Shown: one piece after another, positions 57,893-64,000 of the stretch
How positions within the stretch are numbered: the first letter of the stretch is position 1
Layout of the letters: each line of letters begins with the position of its first letter
DNA from: an uncultured Poribacteria bacterium
GTDB lineage: Bacteria; Poribacteria; WGA-4E; WGA-3G
NCBI GenBank assembly: GCA_958296135.2
Contig: CATQHZ020000001.1
Location: 3,680,001-3,744,000, forward strand
DNA: 64,000 nt
Reading direction: 5' to 3'
Notes under the pieces: generated by a model
Seen by the model: only the letters and a program-made list of their open reading frames with translations
Database searches by the model: none
What the model was told of the DNA's origin: nothing
Translations under genes and position numbers: made by a program

Positions 57893-59671
57893 TTACCAAT
57901 ACGAATTATTCGTCGTATGCCCCTCTGGGATAGGCACCCATACGCCGCCCGTTTCCGCCGCTACCTGCTGCTGGAAATCGTCAAAAGTGCCGACAACGCT
58001 GACGCGGGCATGCTTTTGCTGAAGGAGTTGAATCGTGGCTGCCGCCGAGTATTCGCCTTTTGCCGGTTCATCAGTAATCAAGATGAGATAGGGCTGTGCA
58101 TTTGGCCTGAACTTAATCCGCCGCAAGCCTTCCGCCACAGCGTCTAACAACATCTCATTCTCTTGGCACGGCAACTCGGCGATTTTGCGAACCTGCTCAA
58201 GCGTTTGCGGTGGATTGAAAACGTTCACCATGTTGACAGACGCACGCGTCCGAAACCGCACCACCCCGAGCTCGTAGTCAATCAGCGCGTTATCCCAATC
58301 CCGGACGAGAAGTTCAAACTGCTTCAAAAAGTGCGGCAGTTTGTCCTCCATGCTTTTGCTACTGTCAATAAACAAGATAATATCCAGGGGTGTGTTCGCT
58401 CCCTGTCCGGAGGCGTAGTTTGTCAGCGCGCCGCCAATTTTCCCGACATCTGCCCATTGTGCCTTGCGCAGCGTTTGCGTTTTAGAACGGGTAACTCCCG
58501 GCGCGTGCGGCTTCGGCATCGCGTGCGGCTTCGGCGCGTCTTGAGGAATACCGTGCCACTTGCCCCCGGTCTCGGCCGCCAACTGCTGATGGCCATCATC
58601 ATGGAGGCCAATCACATTGACAGCAATGCCGAATTCGCGGCAGTATGCGATAGCATCCCCTACCGTTATTTCCTCTATGCTGGTGAAAGGTTCGTCAGTG
58701 ACAAGAATAAAATGCCTTTTGGAGGTAGCCCGAAATCGGAGTGTTTTCACCGTCTGCACGATGGCATCCAGCGCGTTCTCATCTTGTTGCGGGATTATCG
58801 CGCGGATAGCGCGCTTGTATTCCGCCAGACTCTTCGTCAACGGAAGCACTTTAATGATGTTCTTCCCCCGGTCTGGATGCATCCAGAATTGCGTCAATCC
58901 GAGGGCGTAATTTATGCTCGCCGCGCTATATACGTCTATCATCTCCATCAGATGCTCCGCGACAGCGTTGATATTATCGCCCATGCTACCGCTCGCATCG
59001 ATGAGAAAGACGACATCAACCGGGCCACCATCGCTCGTCTCAACAATTTCCTGCGCGAGCCCTTTCATCAATTGACGAAACTGCGTTCGATTGACAAGCG
59101 TCTGATGTTTCGGCGTGTCTTTGGAAGCGAAGACTTCCTCGTTATCCGTCCCCGCCGTAACGTTAAGCAACGAGGAGGTAATTTTCGGCGCACGCACGCG
59201 CTGATGACTCAACACGCCGCTTCGTTTTGTCCCGTAGCTGCTGCCGCCTAGCACACCAGCCGCCTCTGTCGTCGGCAGCTCGCGCGCAACATTTTGTAAG
59301 GCACGAGAGGCGGTGCTGACATCCGGTGTCACTCCCGGTGATACCAGCTCCTGCCTCAGACGCGGCTGCGTGGTTTCGACAGGGCGCGTCGAGACGAAAC
59401 GCTGCTGAAACCCGACATCCGGCGCAATGGATGCCACCTTTGCGACAGAGACAGCTTCCGTGTCTCGCAGCGGCTCACGAAAGGCAGGCGCGTGCTTTTT
59501 CAGCGGCACCTTGGGTTGAAGTGGTTTGGACACCGGCATCAACTCCGCCTCAATACTTCCCTTTACCGACGACAGCGGCTCATTTTGCACCACGACGTAG
59601 AACGCCGCCACGAAAAGGCACAAGTGGAGGAGCAGAGAGATGAACAAGGCACGACGCGTCGCAGACTTCAT
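57893..59671 (-). CDS. Membrane-anchored protein with two VWA domains
   Basis: N-terminal 'SLLLHL' TM segment; MIDAS motifs DASGSM and DSSKSM; two TDEP motifs. Confidence 0.85.
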   Translation of the reverse strand: MKSATRRALFISLLLHLCLFVAAFYVVVQNEPLSSVKGSIEAELMPVSKPLQPKVPLKKHAPAFREPLRDTEAVSVAKVASIAPDVGFQQRFVSTRPVETTQPRLRQELVSPGVTPDVSTASRALQNVARELPTTEAAGVLGGSSYGTKRSGVLSHQRVRAPKITSSLLNVTAGTDNEEVFASKDTPKHQTLVNRTQFRQLMKGLAQEIVETSDGGPVDVVFLIDASGSMGDNINAVAEHLMEMIDVYSAASINYALGLTQFWMHPDRGKNIIKVLPLTKSLAEYKRAIRAIIPQQDENALDAIVQTVKTLRFRATSKRHFILVTDEPFTSIEEITVGDAIAYCREFGIAVNVIGLHDDGHQQLAAETGGKWHGIPQDAPKPHAMPKPHAPGVTRSKTQTLRKAQWADVGKIGGALTNYASGQGANTPLDIILFIDSSKSMEDKLPHFLKQFELLVRDWDNALIDYELGVVRFRTRASVNMVNVFNPPQTLEQVRKIAELPCQENEMLLDAVAEGLRRIKFRPNAQPYLILITDEPAKGEYSAAATIQLLQQKHARVSVVGTFDDFQQQVAAETGGVWVPIPEGHTTNNSYW

Positions 59672-59703
59672 AGAGGTTCCCTCGCGCTACGGGCAGTAGA
59701 ATT

Positions 59704-60297
59704 CTATCGCAATTGAGGGACTTTCAACGAACGCTTCGGTTGCTCGTCCCGAATTACCTCAAAAGAGATGAGTTTTTCAGTAGTATCAAGTCGCGCTTGC
59801 GCGGGGCTGTCAAACCGCTCGCCAGACGGCGCGTAAAGCGTCACCCCTACCATCGTGAAAACGGCGAAGCATAACGCAAATGTGTAAACCGAGATGTGCG
59901 TCCAAACGTGATGCCGCGCCCACCCAAGCGAAGCCTCAATGAACTGGCCAACACGATGGAAAATCGAACGGTGCTGCCGCTGATGTTGATGCATCTCCGC
60001 CGCTCGCGTTATCACGGTAGCGGCGAAATCATCGGAGGCTGGCAGAGGAGCCTCCGCACGGAGAAACCGGTCTGTCTGTTCAAGCCGCCGCACATGAAAC
60101 GCGCAATTTGGACACCGTTTCAGGTGCTGTCTGATGAGCAGCCGTTTCCACGCCGGCAGCTCCTTGTCAATATAGGCCGAAAAGTGCGTGTGAAGTTCTT
60201 CACAGTGCCTCGCCGAGGAGACATCCCAATCGCTATGCCCCGGACCGAGCTCCCAACTGCGACGATGTGAAGGCTTTCTCTCATTTTTCATCGACAT
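59704..60297 (-). CDS. zf-HC2 anti-sigma factor
   Basis: SAYIDKEL...HLKRCPNC and a TM helix. Confidence 0.82.
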   Translation of the reverse strand: MSMKNERKPSHRRSWELGPGHSDWDVSSARHCEELHTHFSAYIDKELPAWKRLLIRQHLKRCPNCAFHVRRLEQTDRFLRAEAPLPASDDFAATVITRAAEMHQHQRQHRSIFHRVGQFIEASLGWARHHVWTHISVYTFALCFAVFTMVGVTLYAPSGERFDSPAQARLDTTEKLISFEVIRDEQPKRSLKVPQLR

Positions 60298-60877
60298 TCT
60301 CCCCCAATCCTGCCTTGATGAGCAGCTTTTTCATGCGCTGGCGTGCGCGGTGAATTAACGCTTTCACAGCTCCCTCGGAGACACCCAGAATGTCAGCCAC
60401 CTCTTCATAGCGCAACTCCTGATATGTGACGAGCGTGAGTGCCAAACGTTGATTCTCCGGCAGCTGCGCGAGGGCTTTGCGGACAAGCTGCTTCCGTTCG
60501 TTTTTCTCCGCAAGCACGTCTGGCAGATAGCGCGTATCCTGCATCATGCTTGTCTCGTGGATATCCGCGCCTTCTTCCACGAGTTCCTCAAAGGAATAGG
60601 TATTTCGCCGCGTCCGATTCCGCACCTCGTTTCGGGACAAGTTGGTAGCGATGGTATACATCCAACTTTTGAAGGAGGCAGTCGGCTGATAACGGCTTGC
60701 GTTTTGGAAAATGCGGAGAAACGTATCCTGAGCCAGGTCTTCAGCACGGTGATAGTCGTTGATGAGGCGATGAATGTAGTTAATCAGCGGTTCCTGATGC
60801 CGCCGGACAAGCAATTCAAACGCGCTCATATCGCCCTTCCCGCTTTGCATGATCAAATCTTCGTCTGAAACAAACAT
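60281..60877 (-). CDS. ECF sigma-70 factor
   Basis: Motifs GDMSAFELLV, FKSWMYTIATN and YEEVADILGVSEGAVKALIHRAR. Confidence 0.93.
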   Translation of the reverse strand: MFVSDEDLIMQSGKGDMSAFELLVRRHQEPLINYIHRLINDYHRAEDLAQDTFLRIFQNASRYQPTASFKSWMYTIATNLSRNEVRNRTRRNTYSFEELVEEGADIHETSMMQDTRYLPDVLAEKNERKQLVRKALAQLPENQRLALTLVTYQELRYEEVADILGVSEGAVKALIHRARQRMKKLLIKAGLGENVDEK

Positions 60878-60951
60878 CTTGTATCACCCAAAGGGAGTTT
60901 CAACCCCCTGATATAGCCGACAAGAAGAAATAAATCTCGTTGAAGCAGTGT

Positions 60952-61491
60952 TCAAGCTATTGCGAGTTTGAGTTTGAGGCGCAGTGCTGTTTTATAGGCA
61001 GCCACCGCTTCTTCCCGCTTGCCTTGAAACGTATAAACCGTCCCAAGTTCCGAGTGCAATTCGGCGTGATTCGGGATAAAACGGATAGCGCGTTCGTAAA
61101 CCTCAACTGCCTCATCGTAACGCTTCAGCAGCCGATAAGTAGCGGCGAGATTGAGATGCGCCGCTGCTTCCCTGGGTTCGCACGAAATCGCCTTTTTGTA
61201 GGCATCGATAGCTGGCTCATACTCACCAAGCATAAAACGCGCCAACCCAAGGTGGAAATGCGCCTCTGCAGATTCGCGGTTGTGTTGTAGCACCGCCTGA
61301 AATTCCGCAATCGCCGCCGAATATTCCCGCGCGTTCAACGCCGCCGCGCCCCGTTTCAGGTGCTTCGCAACGGTTTGATGCGTGTGAATATCGACGCGGC
61401 CGCGCTGAACGTGGTCTGCTTGTCTCCGGTTTTCGGTAACGCCTGACGTATCGCTTGGGGTTAAGGAGCGGTTCTCATTCGGCTTATCCAT
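60952..61491 (-). CDS. TPR-repeat protein
   Basis: Repeats AEAHFHLG, AAAHLNLA and AELHSELG. Confidence 0.88.
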   Translation of the reverse strand: MDKPNENRSLTPSDTSGVTENRRQADHVQRGRVDIHTHQTVAKHLKRGAAALNAREYSAAIAEFQAVLQHNRESAEAHFHLGLARFMLGEYEPAIDAYKKAISCEPREAAAHLNLAATYRLLKRYDEAVEVYERAIRFIPNHAELHSELGTVYTFQGKREEAVAAYKTALRLKLKLAIA

Positions 61492-61492
61492 A

Positions 61493-62407
61493 TCACTGCC
61501 TATCTATATCGCGCGCGATGCGGAATCCGATGACGAATTCGGCATACCCATCGCTAAAAAAATCGTAACTCGTGCAAGTGCTGTAGTCATGATTGTAATA
61601 CCACGCGCCGCCGCAAGCAACACGGAAATTGCCCGCATCGTCATAAGGCGTGCCGGTCCACTCCCACACATTTCCCACCATATCGTAGCAACCGAAGGGA
61701 CTCACGCCATCAAGGAAAGTGCCGACCGGCGTTGTGCCATCCGCGCCAAGTTCAGCGGTATTGCACCGCGGCCTGTCAATTTCATCACCCCACGGAAAGA
61801 GCCTCGCCTCGGCACCGCGCGCGGCGTATTGCCACTCTGGAAACGTCGGCAATCTGCCATCGACGTAGTCGGCATACGCCGCTGCATCCTCGCAGGTAAC
61901 CCAGACGACAGGATGGTCTGCCCTGTTTTCAGGATAGGTCCCGTTTGTCCAATCCTGTGGCGGCTCGCGTCCCGTGTCCATAACGAACCGATGATATTGC
62001 GCGTTGGTGACAGGGTAGACACCCATCTCATAACTATCAATTTCCAGTGGCGCGGTGTCTTCGCCGATAAGCGCAGTGCCTGCAGGAATGCACACGGTTG
62101 CATCGAGAACCTGCAGGGCGGCATCGCGAACTTGCGCGTCTGGATGTGCTAGCGCGCATCCTAACGGTGAAATGAGCTCGCCAACCGGCGGCACTAAGTT
62201 CGGCGGTAGCTGCTCCCAACCAAGTTCAGCACTTAACAGCAGCCGTGCTGCATCGCTGAGGGCATCGTTGAAGTGCCAGGGCCAATAATCTCGGAGGAGT
62301 TGCTGGAACGCCCCCGGGGCATCGCTGTCAATCAGTGCAATGCGGGTTTCCTTCGGCCGTGTGATATTGAGGATGTTCCGCGGTGGACTGCTGTTCATAA
62401 TATGCAC
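61493..62407 (-). CDS. FGE-sulfatase (SUMF1/EgtB) domain protein
   Basis: Motifs PVTNAQY, HPVVWV, RLPTFPEW, YDMVGNVWEW and GFR. Confidence 0.9.
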   Translation of the reverse strand: MHIMNSSPPRNILNITRPKETRIALIDSDAPGAFQQLLRDYWPWHFNDALSDAARLLLSAELGWEQLPPNLVPPVGELISPLGCALAHPDAQVRDAALQVLDATVCIPAGTALIGEDTAPLEIDSYEMGVYPVTNAQYHRFVMDTGREPPQDWTNGTYPENRADHPVVWVTCEDAAAYADYVDGRLPTFPEWQYAARGAEARLFPWGDEIDRPRCNTAELGADGTTPVGTFLDGVSPFGCYDMVGNVWEWTGTPYDDAGNFRVACGGAWYYNHDYSTCTSYDFFSDGYAEFVIGFRIARDIDRQ

Positions 62408-62466
62408 GCGCTAAGGCCCCAGTGGAATTCTCAAGAGCTGCCTAATTTTTTGCAAAACCTCTGTTC

Positions 62467-62805
62467 TTACCATACCTCTTTGCCCACCGGCGGCCCGAAG
62501 TCCATCTCTTCGTGCCGATTATCTTCTGTGATTTGCGCCAAAAGGACTGCAAGAGTATCGCCGGGGTCCTCAAACTCAAAGAAATACGCCTCTTCCGGAA
62601 ACTCCCGCACCGGCTGTGTCGCGTAACCTTCAGCAACTGTGGTTTCAACACCCGCGTTCAGATCGGGTGCCTCCGACTTAGGTAGCTGCGCTAAAAGGTC
62701 TTCCAGCTCAAAGCAATATGCCTCTGCCGGAAACTCCCGCACCGGCTGCGTTGCGCGCTCTTCGGGTCCTGCAGTTTCAACAAGATTTTTCTCTTTAGAA
62801 CTCAT
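62467..62805 (-). CDS. Small acidic protein with a MazE/ChpS-like C-terminus and an internal duplication
   Basis: Ends LLAQITEDNRHEEMDFGPPVGKEVW; ATQPVREFPxEAYxFExED occurs twice. Confidence 0.6.
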   Translation of the reverse strand: MSSKEKNLVETAGPEERATQPVREFPAEAYCFELEDLLAQLPKSEAPDLNAGVETTVAEGYATQPVREFPEEAYFFEFEDPGDTLAVLLAQITEDNRHEEMDFGPPVGKEVW

Positions 62806-62914
62806 TGGCGAGATACCTCATTTCTCATAGGCTTGTCTGGAGTCCATCCCCCACAAACACTATTATAGCACTATTGTAGCATAGGGTGCATTCAAATATC
62901 AACTTTTTTCTTCG

Positions 62915-62970
62915 GAGAGCCCTCCCGGTCTTGATGTGTTGGATATCGGGACAGGGATGTCCCTCCTACC
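62915..62970. repeat. REP family A inverted doublet
   Basis: GAGAGCCCTCCCGGTCTTGAT followed by ATCGGGACAGGGATGTCCCTCCTAC. Confidence 0.75.
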
Positions 62971-63083
62971 GGTTGGCGCGCCTGTTTTCCAAGCCGACTC
63001 ACTTCTCGGATGAACTGTAGGCGCGGATTTCCATATCCACCCGTTCGATCTGGGGTAAGGGCGGAAACTATAGAAATCCGCCC

Positions 63084-63776
63084 TTACAATGTGCCTAAAA
63101 TTGCCGGAATCTCATCCAACGAAGCGATTTCATAATCCGCGCAGACCTCGGGGTTGTTCGGAATTCCTTCGCGATTCAGCCAGGCGGCATACGCGCCCGC
63201 TGCTTGTGCCCCTGCCACATCACTTTCCAGTGAATCTCCGACGTGTAATAACGCCGTTAGTGGGCATCCTGCCTTCCGGGCGGTAATTTCAAAGACGCGC
63301 CGGTCGGGCTTCGCCACGCCAACATCTTGGGCGAAGACGACGAAGTCAAAACGTCGCTCAAGTCCGCAGCGTTCCGGATAAGAGTTTCCGTTCGACAGAA
63401 TTCCGAGTGTGACCTGCGGGGCTAGCGCGTCAAGCGTCGGCAAAACATCGGGATACAAGGTAATATCCTCAAAACGGTGTTTCAGGTATATCGCATTGAG
63501 ATGCGCAGCGAGCACTTTGTCCGGGTGCCCGACATGTTCAAGCGTCCGCTCAAATGCGAGTCGTCTGATGTGCTCCAGGTTCCAGATTTCGCCCTTCACT
63601 TCGTCGGCGACGCGCTCTCGAATGCCTATCATCGCTTCAATCGTCAAAGCGCGGGCATGTTGTGTCTGGACATGTCGGCGGAGTTCTATCAATGCATGCT
63701 TTAGCGAATGCCGCATGACTTTCTGGAAATCCCACAACGTCATATCGGCATCAAAAGAGACAGCTGAAATTTTCAC
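63084..63776 (-). CDS. HAD-superfamily hydrolase
   Basis: Motifs FDADMTL, LSNGN, KPD and HVGDSLESDV. Probable GTG start at 63776. Confidence 0.9.
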   Translation of the reverse strand: MKISAVSFDADMTLWDFQKVMRHSLKHALIELRRHVQTQHARALTIEAMIGIRERVADEVKGEIWNLEHIRRLAFERTLEHVGHPDKVLAAHLNAIYLKHRFEDITLYPDVLPTLDALAPQVTLGILSNGNSYPERCGLERRFDFVVFAQDVGVAKPDRRVFEITARKAGCPLTALLHVGDSLESDVAGAQAAGAYAAWLNREGIPNNPEVCADYEIASLDEIPAILGTL

Positions 63777-63807
63777 GGTACTTCTCCGGATTTGTTGTGA
63801 AGGCAAT

Positions 63808-64000
63808 TTACGTTGTCTGCACACCGCTCGAAGCATGAATCTGGACAAATTTCCATGCTTCGTCACTTTTCTCCAAGACACCCGTCATCCGCATGATGAA
63901 CTCTTCGGCAGGGCTGCCTTGCCACCGAAGCCGCCAGGTTTGCCGCGTATAAAACCACGCCACCTCGTCGCGCTCCTGCACCTCAAGGTTCAGAAAGATG
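63808..64000 (-). CDS. 3' end of a SnoaL/NTF2-like protein (5'-partial)
   Basis: Manual translation gives ...EVAWFYTRQTW...RMTGVLEKSDEAWKFVQIHASSGVQTT*. Confidence 0.65.
   Translation of the reverse strand, partial: IFLNLEVQERDEVAWFYTRQTWRLRWQGSPAEEFIMRMTGVLEKSDEAWKFVQIHASSGVQTT

Overview
A GC-rich bacterial window whose gene families and repeats suggest Candidatus Poribacteria (inference only). Housekeeping genes (rpiA, pepP, rsmI, purN, a peptide/nickel-type ABC transporter, two ECF sigma/anti-sigma pairs) are interleaved with a heavy load of defence-type genes. These include six DNA methyltransferases, an SNF2/DUF1156/DUF499 restriction-like locus, an MNT-HEPN fusion and an ABC-ATPase/nuclease-like pair. 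The top candidate for a new system is a head-to-tail array of three N6/N4-methyltransferase-Mrr-like endonuclease fusions (19510-24360). Their flanking DNA is nearly identical, but each carries a different target-recognition cassette. The array and an MNT-HEPN gene sit inside the ABC operon with ATGA stop/start overlaps at both ends. Other highlights: a 1976-aa cadherin/FN3 adhesin frameshifted at a C10 tract (possible phase variation); a RAYT transposase flanked by REP clusters and a duplicated promoter; REPs inserted in-frame in three proteins and supplying several stop codons; an IS607 with a broken TnpA but intact TnpB; and a His-core coiled coil. No CRISPR array, rRNA or tRNA was recognised. 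All family assignments come from motif recognition, not database searches.
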